From Selaginella moellendorffii (Eukaryota; Plantae; Lycopodiophyta): 64,000 nt of DNA. A model generated the notes under the pieces. It ran no database searches. It had not been told where the DNA came from and was given only the letters and a program-made list of their open reading frames with translations. A program made the translations under genes and the position numbers. This document shows, piece after piece, positions 25,331-36,400 of the stretch; positions within the stretch are counted from its first letter, which is position 1; the number at the start of each line of letters is the position of its first letter. The DNA is taken from the NCBI RefSeq assembly GCF_000143415.4, contig NW_003314268.1, positions 2,372,494 through 2,436,493 of the forward strand, in the 5' to 3' direction.

Positions 25331-25828
25331 GTGGATGATTTGGTGTTAATTTGTTTTTATGTGGTTTATTTAAAGGGCTTTTTGCTCAGTACAAGGGGTT
25401 GTATTGAGTGTTGTAACAAGTTTGACCACAAGTTTATGAAGTTTGGTATAATGGTTAATAAGCAGATTCTTTATAAATTGTGTATATGCAGCAATTGAAA
25501 CATTTTATATAAAGGGATCAAGAACAATAATGTAGCGCATGTGATCATGAGATGAGATTTGGATATACTGTCACCGTGGATCCTTGGAACCTTGGGGGAT
25601 AAATGGGGATAAAATAGCCACTAAGGGCTCTCTCATCAAGCAATTGCCCCTTTTCCAGTTGGCTTAAGGGGAAAGAGATAAGGTGCGCTACAGTTGGTAT
25701 CAAAGCAAATGGCACGGGTTCGATTCCCATTAATTAGTGGCTACTTAAAAGTATAATATACCCTTGAGCAAGGTATATTCCTACCCCTAAATTTGAAATC
25801 GTACGTATTAGACATCCATACATATGTC

Positions 25829-25982
25829 TTTCCTCTTGTGTGGAGTATCCATAGATGAAGGTATTCACCGTGGGACTGCGGTCCTTCCTCTTGTGTGGAG
25901 TATCCATAGATGAAGGTATTCACCGTGGGACTCCAAACTGCAATCCTTCCTCTTCTGTGGAGTATCCATAGATGAAGGTATT
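25829..25982 (+). repeat. About 56-62 bp tandem repeat inside the TRIM, continued at 41693-41766 after the chromovirus insertion
   Basis: Unit TTCCTCTTGTGTGGAGTATCCATAGATGAAGGTATTCACCGTGGGACT, about four copies in total. The third copy is split at GTATT. Confidence 0.9.
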
Positions 25983-27139
25983 TGTAAGCCACAAATTTTT
26001 CCTTTCCAATTTGCCAGCTTACCTCGTCTATCCGACCAACTCTGCCTTGGCTTGTGCTAAATTCCCTTGCCAAGGTTCCCGCCTATGGTACCAGCTCCTA
26101 CTTGGTCCTACTTGGTTTCAGCTACTCACTGCACGAGCAACGGAGTGTTAGCCATCCATCTACGGATTCCCAAATCTCTCCCAATCCCCTTCCCTGGGTT
26201 AGACTGGACTTAAGGTTCGGCTACACTCCCCGCAGGCACAAGCAGCCAAGCACACCAAGCCTCCAGATTCCTAACACCCCTTGGTACCACAAGACTTGAT
26301 CATGGGACCCTCTAAATCCCAAGTCTTGGGTGCAGCACTTGCTTTGGGACGTCGGGGCGAAACACCATGGCCTAACGGCCCGATATAAGTACCTCTACCC
26401 CCCCACTTCCATCCCGAAGGGAAGGCCCAAGCCCCTAGGGAGGGCGAGGACCAATGAGCCACAAGGTACTCAAGTGGGGCACCATTCCACATGAGCCGGG
26501 AGCACCGCAGTCAGTTTCCCTTTCGGGAGTGGGAGCTGCTCTTGAGCACTTCCCTGGGTGGCCCCTCCGGCACAACTCAAGCCCATGCTCACTCCCACCC
26601 AAGGCCCCTCGGTCCCAGTCTCAACCTCAAGTCAGTTTGGAAGCACCATTGGAGAGTTCCTTCAAGACTGGTTTCTGGGCCTCACTATCCCTACTATACT
26701 TTTGGAACCCCCTGCAGCCCCCCCCCTGGGAGACGCACGCTTTGGGCTTTCACCCCTTGACCCGTATTAGTATTTGGACTTAGTCTCTGGCTCGATCTCG
26801 GACCCGATTTCGGATCCGACTTCGGATTCGGTCTCGGACTCGATCTCGGACACGATCTCGGACCCGATCTCGGACCCGACCTCGGACTCGACCTTGGACT
26901 CGGTCTCGGACCCGATTTCGGATCTTGGACTCCGTCTCGAACTCGGTCTCGAACTCGAACTCGAACTCGGTCCCCGAGTGGGTCTCGAACTCGATTCCGG
27001 ACTCTATCTCGAACTCAGTCCTAGAGTCGGTCTTGGACTCGATCTTCGACTTGGTCCCATCCGATGAACTCTTTGTCATTTTGGTCATGCTTTTGGGGTT
27101 CCTTTAGCCTACGACACCTCGGCGAGTTGGTTCCTTACA
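25983..27139 (-). repeat. 3' LTR of element A (contains a degenerate 6/12-bp CTCGGA-type array at about 26790-27050)
   Basis: Direct repeat of 40538-41692, differing by scattered substitutions (mostly transitions) and small indels. Confidence 0.95.
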
Positions 27140-27542
27140 ACTCCACCACCCATTGAAGAAGTTCGATGCCCACATCGAACATCTCGTTTTATCCTACGAC
27201 TTGTTGACCATGGCTCCGGGGGCATCCCCCCACTTAGCGGTGTGCCTAAGTTAGCCTCTCCGGCCAAGAGCCCATGACAACGGAATATAGGTGTCCCTAT
27301 ACCCCTAACCTCACCATGCCCTAGTATAGGGTCGGGACTTGAACCCAGCCTTGCTTTACTAGGGGGTTGGGACTCGAACCCAACCTCCGTAGAATACGTC
27401 TATGGATTCGACATCCCCACGGGGAGTCGGGCGTAGTGCTCTACGCCTGGTCGACCTATCCAACCCATGCTAATTAGCTTACCTTCGGCGTGCCTTCGGG
27501 TCCCAACATATGCCTCTTGCTCAACTTTGCAAATTGATATTT

Positions 27543-30500
27543 TTAATTGAATTTTGCATAAGTACATAGAGTTCTGCCTTGCAGAAATTCCTCCACTAGA
27601 TCTCGCACGTTCGCTAGGTTCTCCTCTGGTTCCCATGTTGCTTCGCAGTGTGGAAATCCTTTCCATTTCACATGGAACTCTCTCACCTCGCGTCCTTGTG
27701 GCTTGCTCCTGCGCGCATTGAGGATAGCCTCGACTTCGTATTCCTTTTCCCCTTGGATAACCTCAGGTAAAGGTCTCACTTGGTCCTTGCGAAGCGGATC
27801 CTCAAAGTACGGCTTGAGTAAGTTCACGTGGAACACTGGGTGCATCTTCCCCATCTCTCGAGGAAGTCGGAGTCAGTAAGCCACTTTACCGATTCGTGCC
27901 TCAATCTCATAAGGCCCCGCGAACTTGCTTAAGGAACTCAAGATCAATTCATTTACAGGAATACATGCATCTTTACCTTTGGGTCAACTTTCGGCTGATC
28001 CACTTGGTAGTCTGAGGTTCTTGGTGTTCAGCCACACCTTCTCCCCCAGCTTGGAACTCTACATCCCGATGCTTCTGGTTCACGTATTTGGTTTGCCTTT
28101 GTTGAGCCCGTTCCAAGGAATCCCTCACTAGATTCCAAATGCTGAGTCTTTCCGCCGTGAATGCCTCCACTGCGGGCAACTCTCCATGATACTCGGCCAC
28201 GCCGAGTTCCACAGGACCTTCAATAGCTTGCCCATTGATGACTTCCCATGGACTCACCCCGATACTCGAATGTGGTGAGTTGTTATAACACATTTCCGCA
28301 AGTCCCAAATGACTTACCCAATCGGTCTGGTCTCCCGAGACATAGCATCGCAAATAATCCTCCAACTGCCTATTCACCCTTTCCGTTTGTCCGTCTGTCA
28401 AGAAGTGTTAGTGCCAACAACTTGACTTAATACCCCATACCTGTCTGTGGGTGATAGGCTGTGCTGAATTTCAACTTGGTGCGATACTGTTCGAGGAGAG
28501 TCCTCCAGAACCTACTGGTGAAGATCTTATCTCGATCTGAGATGATCTCTTCTGGTCTTCCCCGCACTCGAACCACTTGCTCGAGGAACAACTTTGCCAC
28601 ACCTTCCGCATCCACTTCTGTTGTGGTGGGTATGAAATGTGCCATTTTCGAAAATCGGTCCACCACCACGAATATCGCATCAAACCCCTCGCTTGGGGGG
28701 AGTCCCGTGATGAAGTCCATCGTAAGACATTTCCACGGACGATCTGGAATTGGGATGCTTTGCAACAAGCCCCCACTAGCCTTATGCACGGCTTTTACCT
28801 GCTGATATGTTGGACATGTCTTTACATAGTCTTGGATGTCCTTAACCATATCTGGCCAATGGTACTTCCTCTTGAGTAAGCCCATCATCTTGGGCACTCC
28901 ACCGTGTCCCGCAAGAGGTCTGTCATGACACTCTTCTAAGGCCACCTTCCTTAGTTCCCCTTCTGGAATATACACCCTTGTTTGCTTATAATAGATGAGT
29001 CCGTTGCGTTTCGCATAGCCCGTTTTCTCTTCCGTTGGCAGCTCACCTCTCTGGTGAGCTTCCCACGCCTCTAGATTCCTCAGCAACACTTCTTGTGCTA
29101 GACCATCATTCTCATATGCTGTCCGCACATCGTCCCAGAAGGTTGTTGTTGTGCTGGATATTGCCAACCTCAAGCTCGCTTTTTGAATTAGCACATCCGC
29201 CACGATATTGCTCTTCCTAGGCTTGTACAGAATCTCGCAATCAAACTTGGCCAAGGCATTGGCCCACCGACCTTGTTTCCCTCTCAGGTCGGGCTGTGAC
29301 AAGAAGTGTTTCATTGCCACATTGTCCGTGTAAACCTTGAAGTGTCTCCCAAGGTAGTGTCGCCACTCCTTGAGCGCCTTGACCACCGCAAACAATTCCT
29401 TTTTATGGGCAGGCCACTTCCGTTGAGCCTTGTCCAACTTCTTCGAGAAGAACGCTACCGGATGGTTGTCTTGCTTCAAAACTGCGCCCAACGCAAAGTC
29501 CGAAGCATCCATTTCTACCTCAAAGTCCTTACCAAAGTCTGGTAATGCCAATACGGGAGCCTTCCTCAACTTCCCTTTGAGGTGGACGAATGCCGCCTCG
29601 CATTCCGCTGTCCACACCATTTTCCCTTTTTCTGTTTGGTCCGTTAAGGGCAGGGCTACTCTCGAATAGTGTCTGATAAACTTTCAATAGTAGTTGCATA
29701 GCCCTAGGAATGCCCTCAACTCGTGTACATTCGATGGTCGCTCCCATTCCTGGATCGCTTGGACCTTCTCCGGGTCCACCTTGAGCCCATCCTGGCCCAC
29801 CACATGCCCTAGAAACTTTACCTCTTGTTGAGCAAAGTCACATTTGCTCTCTTTAGCATACAGTTTGTGTTCCTTTAGTTTCTCAAACACCTTCGCCAAG
29901 TGTTCGGCATGCTCCTCTAGCGTCTCGCTATAGATCAGGATGTCGTCAATATAGACAACCACGAAGTGATCCAGATAGGGTACAAAGATGTGGTTCATTA
30001 GCGCCGAAAACGTTGCCGGCGCATTACATAGCCCGAAGGGCATCACCAGAAACTCAAAGCTCCCATACCTCGTTCGACAGGTTGTCTTCTCGACATCTTC
30101 CTTGGCTACCCTGATTTGGTAGTATCCTGACCTTAGTTCAATCCTCGAGAAGTATTTTGCCTTTCCCAATCTATCGAACAGGTCCTCAATCCTTGGCAAA
30201 GAGTACTTGTTCTTCTTTGTATACTTGTTGAGCAACCGGTAGTCTATGCACATGCGCATAGATCCATCTTTCTTTTTCACAAATAACACCGGCGCCCCAT
30301 ACGGCGACTTGCTCAACCTAACATACCCTTTGTCCACCAACTCCTCTAGTTGGCACTTGAGCTCCTTGAGTTCTTTTTCGTTCAAACAATAAGGGGGACG
30401 AACCATTGCCTCATCACCCTCGACCAGCTCAATCTTATGTTCTATCGGTTGTGTTGGGGGTAGCCCCGCCGGTAGCTCCTCTGGCATGGTATCCTAGAAT

Positions 30501-31917
30501 TGGTCCAACACCCGCTGGATCACTAAAGGTACTTCTTCCATTTCGGTCTTTTTGTCACTCTTCACCGAGAGTAAGCACAAAAAGACTGCCTTAGTTCCTT
30601 TAGTGAGCTGTCCTCTCGTGGACACCAGGTTTAAGCAGGAATCTTTGGCCTTACTTTGCCCTACCTTTAGATCTTGGGCCTCCACCCTAGATCTTCTTCC
30701 TTGTGCATTCGCCAGTACCACAAGGTTTCTACCTTGTCCATGCAGGGCTACCACGAATCGATTGAACCAGTCCATTCCGAAGATCACGTTAAATCCCGCC
30801 ATGTCCAACACGGTGAAATCCATGTCCACCTTCCAAGTCCCCACTTCGACTCTCGCTTGTCGAAGTACCTCATCGGTGCTTTGGCTACCTTGAACAAACT
30901 TTATAGTCCTTGGTTCGCCTAGCCGTTGCACCGTTAGTCCGGCTTGCCAGACTATGTCTGCAGCCACAAAATTATCCGAAGCACCCGTGTCAATAAGGAT
31001 ATTAACAAAGCTACCTCCGAGCTTCCCTCGGAGGGCTAGTAGATGTCACGAACGACTCTCTACCAAAGTTGCTCGTGTAATGAGTAACTTTGAGTTAGGG
31101 ACTGGATCACATACCTCATTTTGGACTCCACCCGACTTGATGGCCATATTGGCTCTGGCCTTCTTCGGGTAGGGACATTCCCTCGAGAAGTGTCCCGCTT
31201 CACCGCAATTGTAGCATACGTTATTTCCCACGCTGCTATACGACTTGACCTTCTTATCCGTGGATTTGTCTCTTTTCGCTTGACACCCCCACGTACTCGC
31301 TCGCTGGCCACCAGATCTGCCTTTCCGGAACCCCGAGGACTCATTCTTAGAGAAACTCTTCTTGAATTTCCCTCTGCTAAACGTTCCCCTTGGTTTGGCC
31401 CCTTTGCTAAATATGGATCCCGACCCCGTCGTGTTCCCCTTTCGCAAGTTATCGTTGAAATGCACCTTGATGGCCGCATCCAACGCTTCCTTATAGTTGG
31501 TCGGGTTCCACCGCATTACTTCGCCGCAAGCCCAGGTTTGCAAACCTGATATGAAGGCATGGAACGCATCCATATCCCCCATGTCTGTGACAAGTATTCT
31601 CTTTTCCATAAACCCATTCACATACTCCTGAATGGTTCCGGTCTGCTTCAGCCTACTCAGCTCGTCCCTTAGATGTAGAGTAGCATTCGGAGGAACGTAA
31701 GTTGTGCGGATCCTCACCTTCATCATTTCCCAAGTGGCCACCGGTCCTTCGTTAGCCTCTGTCATTCTCCACCAAGACTTGGCATTATCTGCCAAGTATG
31801 GTTTTGCACATGGGACCTTCTCCGAGCTCGGTAATCGCAACGCTCGGAAGTAGTCCTCCATATCGTAAAACCAATCCTCCACCACCTTATAGTCGTTCAC
31901 TCCCTTGAAGACCGGTG
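27543..31917 (-). pseudogene. Disrupted gag-pol of element A: gag C-terminal half with zinc knuckle, protease, RT, RNase H, integrase, chromodomain
   Basis: CYNCGEAGHFSREC, LIDTGASDNF, YIDD, DASDFALGAVL, HHCC zinc finger (ECHD...GH...CPTY, last Cys lost), MDFI...SDRD...GQTE, GPY and YEVEAIL...VKWKGFPHCEATWEPEENL. Premature stops at 31046, 30494, 29684 and about 27874 each fit a CGA/CAG to TGA/TAG change. Confidence 0.95.
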
Positions 31918-32921
31918 TGTAAGCGACTAATTTTTCCGTTCTACTTTAGTCACTTAACCACACCTCCAACCACTTAGAGGAGTCTCATTCACAACCTCCA
32001 TAAGTCCAATTTAGGACTTGGGACTTGCTAGCCCCAAGAATGGCATCCATGCCACTCCACACTTGCACCTGGTCCAAGTGCTCCACGTGTCCGGTCCCAA
32101 GACCGACACCCAAAGGTACCACTGACATCTCGGCCCGTTACGCTAAGGCCATGCCCATTCACCTTTGCTGCACTAGTGATCCAATACCATTTGCATCACC
32201 ATCCCGTCTCTCCAAGACTGGGCCATCTGTCCACGAGTGGTCATCCTGGATCCACTCCTTAGCATCCTTAGGATGCCCACAGACCTGGGGAATCGCCTTC
32301 CCGAAAGTTCCTTTGTCAGTTCCTACCAAGTCCCTTTCTGCCCCTAGCCGTGTTTGCCAACACTGCCACTGGATCGAGGCCCACAGGCCCGACCACTAAG
32401 TCCCATGGTCCTCTGGGACTTCTTCACCACACGACTGTGTCCTTGGTCACTACCCCAGAGGACTGCTCCTCTTCCTTTCCACAGTCTAGGCCTTTGGGAC
32501 AACATTTCGGAACACCGTGGCCTTACGCGAGCCACCTGGGTACTCTCCCCGCCTTTCGCCTTTAGGTGCTCTAGCCATGGGCTTAGAGCGAGGTTCCGTT
32601 GAGCCACGCCTGGTATCCAAGTAGGTAGTGCCACCCACACTTGGACTGGGAGCATCGGCCAGTCGATCTCCCGGGGGAACTAGAGCCGGCTCTTGAACAC
32701 TTCACCAAGCTACCCCGCTTGTCGGTCCGTATTCACTCTAGTCTTGGACTTCCCAGTGGTCAGTTCATCACCCAACACTGGGTCTGGCCTTCCTGGGCCA
32801 AACTAGCCTTTCCTGGCCAAACTGGCTCCACTGCAGTCCTCCCCCTACTATACTTTTGGAGCTCACCAAACCCCCCAGGGTCTGGGAGACGAACGCTTTG
32901 GGCTTTCACCCTCTCAGGCTC

Positions 32922-33050
32922 CGGACTCGGACTCGGACTCGGACTCGGACTCGGACTCGGACTCGGACTCGGACTCGGACTTGGATTCGGACTCGGACTC
33001 GGGCTCGGGCTCGGTCTCGGCCTCGGCCTCGGTCTCGGTCTCGGTCCCGA

Positions 33051-33084
<34 letters not shown>

Positions 33085-33480
33085 AGCTCTGGCTCTGGCC
33101 TCGGACTCCATCTCGGACTCCATCTCGGACTCCATCTCGGACTCCATCTCGGACTCCATCTCGGGTCCATCTCGGGTCCATCTCGGACTCCATCTTGGAC
33201 TCCATCTCGGGTCCATCTCGGACTCCATCTCGGACTCCATTTCGGGTCCATCTCGGGTCCACCTCGGACTCCATCTCGGACTCCATCTCGGACTCCATCT
33301 CGGGTCCACCTCGGACTCCACTTCGGACTCCATCTCGAACTCCATCTCGGGTCCATCTCGGACTCCACTTCGGACTTCAACTCGGGTCCATCTCGGACTC
33401 CACTTCGGACTCCAACTCGGGTCCATCTCGGACTCCAACTCGGGTCCATCTCGGACTCCAACTCGAGTCCATCTCGGACA
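32922..33480. repeat. (GGACTC)n/(GGTCTC)n hexamer plus (GGACTCCATCTC)n 12-mer array in the left LTR of B
   Basis: Directly visible tandem array. Confidence 0.95.
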
Positions 33481-36400
33481 CTCCCACGTGTCATGTGTTG
33501 GTCCTTTTGGGTCCCTTTTTGGAGCCTCACTTCGTGCTCGTTCCTCGAGCCCTTCTTTGGGAGTTCCACTCCCGCTCTTGACTTTTCAAGTCGGAGCTTT
33601 TGGTCCAACCGTGTTACGCTCGTTTGGCTCTCGCTTCAGCCACTACCACGTGGCACCCTTTCCGGCTCCACTTTGGGGGCTAGGGATTTTGTGTCTCACA
33701 ACTCCACCACCCATAGACAAAGTTCGATGTCCTCATCGAACGGTAAACCCTTTCATAAAGTAACACCCACACGTGTTACCATTTCCATCCTTGGCACCTA
33801 GTCAATCTTTGTCTATGGTTTGACACCAAAGGCTCACCATGCCTTGTCCATCCTTTAAGGAGCGTAGTCTTTCCAACTTAGAGACTGATTGGACCACATG
33901 TAATGGTTCTCTCCTTTTATTGGTTTAGTGCTCGCTAAACCTCTTAGAGACCCTTCTCTAAGTCAATCCCACTACTCCTTCTCGAGTAGTCTCAATTTCC
34001 ATCGATATAACCTCCGCACTTTGGAACTTTGAAGTTTGACTCCTTGGAGTCAATTTCCTAGGTGTCTCCGACACCTTGCCTTGCACCTTTTGTGCAACTC
34101 CACTTCCCTTCCTAGAAAGTTCTCTACTCGAGGGCACCATCATCCTCTCTTCTATTTCGTGCCAAAGTTCCAGTTATCATACTTTGTGCTAGGGCTGTTC
34201 ATGGCCCTATCATTTGGCTACCTTACCGCTCCCTCCCTTGGAGCTTCCACTTTTGCCAAACCGGAGCATTTCGGAATCCCTCCTTGGAAACACACTTCCT
34301 TTCCCGCAACTTGTTAGCGTCCAACACATTAGTGTTCCTCGCCTAACTTTGTCACTTGGATTCCCCCCAAGGGATTCCACGGCCCTATCTTGGCCACTCA
34401 TCTTTTGCTCCTATCCGTTGATTGTTGCACCAAGCAACATCGAATCTCTACCTCCCTCCTTGAGGTATTGTTTCGGTTCCATAGCAAAGACTCTTCTTTG
34501 CCAAGTCCGGAGGATGTTCACCCCTAGTACGTCTCTTTAGCATCTTCTGCTATGGGCTCTATCCACGGCCCAACTTCGTGACCCTCCCATGGGTCTTTTA
34601 TAGAGACTACTTTCCTCGGACTCACTATGCCATCTCACGGACTTAGTTTATTCCCCTTAGGTGCTCTTCCCACTTGGTCATCACGACCAAGCCACATCAC
34701 CTTAAACAGTTCAATTTCAACATTTTGAACCAGGAACTTCATTCCTTAGCCAACCAAGGACCTTGTCCTTATCTGGCCATAAGATCACCTAGTGATCTCA
34801 CCTTGGCACCTTAACAGAGTTGCCAAGAGGTACTTGGTCTTCTAGACCTCCAAGTTGTTGACTATAACCCCGGGGGCATCCCCCACACTTGGCGGTGCAC
34901 CCAAGCCAGCCCTTACGGCCAAGGGTTCATAGCAACTGAGATTAGGTGTCCCCATCTCACTCACCACGACCTTGGTGCCACTTGCACCAAAGCGTTCAAG
35001 TTAGATATGCTGAGCTTTCACACTAAGCAATCTAACCGTGCATCATGACTCCGAGGCATCCCTCGCTTGGCGGTGTGCCCAAACCAGTCTCCCCACTGAG
35101 AGTCCATGACCACCGAAATATGAGTGTCCTCATATTCCAAACCATCACCACGCCCTAGTGATTTGGGACTCGAACCCAAGCACTAGAGGGTCGGGACTCG
35201 AACCCAACCTCCGTATATGCATCTACAGACGGCATCACACAAGATGCCTGGCGTGACTCCCCACGCCGGTGCACCAACTTATTTTTAAAGCGCGCTACAG
35301 ATCACAGCTTAGGAACCTAGTTCCTCCACACTGCCAAGTCCTCTCACTTGACATGTCTGTGATCATGCATGGACTCCTCCATGCTCGGCCCCATGGCCCA
35401 CCCTTTTTGAAGTTATCACCTTCAACTAGGGTATTTGTTCCCCCAACGTGCCAATCTCGCTTGGCAAGTCCTCCGACCACTATAACATAGTTCCTGCATA
35501 AGCGTGAAAGTCCTTGACCATCGACTTTCGTTCAAAGCCCTCTCTTTGAACACTCGGGAACTACTTCCCTAACCTTGATAACCTTGCCTCATTGCAAGCT
35601 TCAAGACCACGCTTCTGCTGCGCCACTCTGATTTCGCGCGTTCCATGAACCATTTACACTTGGCCTTTCTAGGTACTAAGCTACCTAGAATCGTCTTTGG
35701 GAACCTTGAAGGAACTCTATCCTTCAGCTTGCTAAGGCCTCCCTTTTTCCAAGCCTTCCAAATGCCACATAGTCTAACATAGACAATTCCATATTTTAGA
35801 CTCTCCATGGCATCACGGTTGCTAGCGGCAACACCCTTGAGCCCCCACTTGATTCTCCACTCCCAGCTGGCATAACCAACCTTGGTTATGCCCTTTAATT
35901 CCTATGGTTCGGTTCTATCCCCTTACTTCTTGCTTTTTGGCTTCACACCTTTCCTTTGGTCATTCTCCTTCAGACCAGGAGGATAGCTTTGCACTTTCTA
36001 TCATGCTTTAGCAAGTATTCTTAGGGATGAACCTACTTAATAGCCTAGGGAGTGGTTCCTCAATCCGGGTATGCTCACCTTATAATCCCACACACTGGGA
36101 TTACATTGTTGCTTATGGGCCTTTACATGCCCATCACTAGCCTTGCCAAAATTCCATTTTTGGCTTTGTCCAACTCGGGTAGACAGTCCTCTCCTGTCTC
36201 CGCAACCTTGGACATTTGGATAGCACCTTCTATCCATCATTCGCTAGGGACTTAGTCCCTTGGGCTTTATCCATTGCCCTCGCGACATCAAACACCACCT
36301 TCTGGTGTTCTAGAGTGTTCGGGTGTCCCAATGATGGCTTTCTTGACAATGAGTATTTCCTTTTATGACATTGACTTACTATATCGCAACACAAGCAACT

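Noticed and set aside
25716-25728. tRNA gene at the GGTTCGATTCC motifs
   Set aside because: No D-arm, anticodon arm or acceptor stem can be formed around any of them.
25829-25982. CRISPR-like regular repeats
   Set aside because: Eukaryotic context, near-contiguous units without unique 30-40 nt spacers, and no cas genes. This is a TRIM-internal tandem repeat.
25531-25982. Retrozyme (hammerhead ribozyme in a small LTR element)
   Set aside because: I found no CTGANGA...GAAA core in the TRIM or LTRs by eye. An Infernal hammerhead search would settle it.
27520-27575. Third intron after the chromodomain
   Set aside because: The stretch is AT-rich, but it has no convincing donor/acceptor pair and no conserved frame to test against.
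31046-31048. Programmed stop read-through between gag and protease
   Set aside because: Three other stops in pol have the same C-to-T origin, so mutation of CGA is the simpler explanation.
32641-33801. Long overlapping ORFs (GL-, RT/RS-, SD/ES-repeat proteins, 170-400 aa) here and at 38485-39866, 26774-27107 and 41339-41660
   Set aside because: They arise because the 6/12-bp LTR arrays lack stops in most frames. They are open on both strands and are not credible genes.
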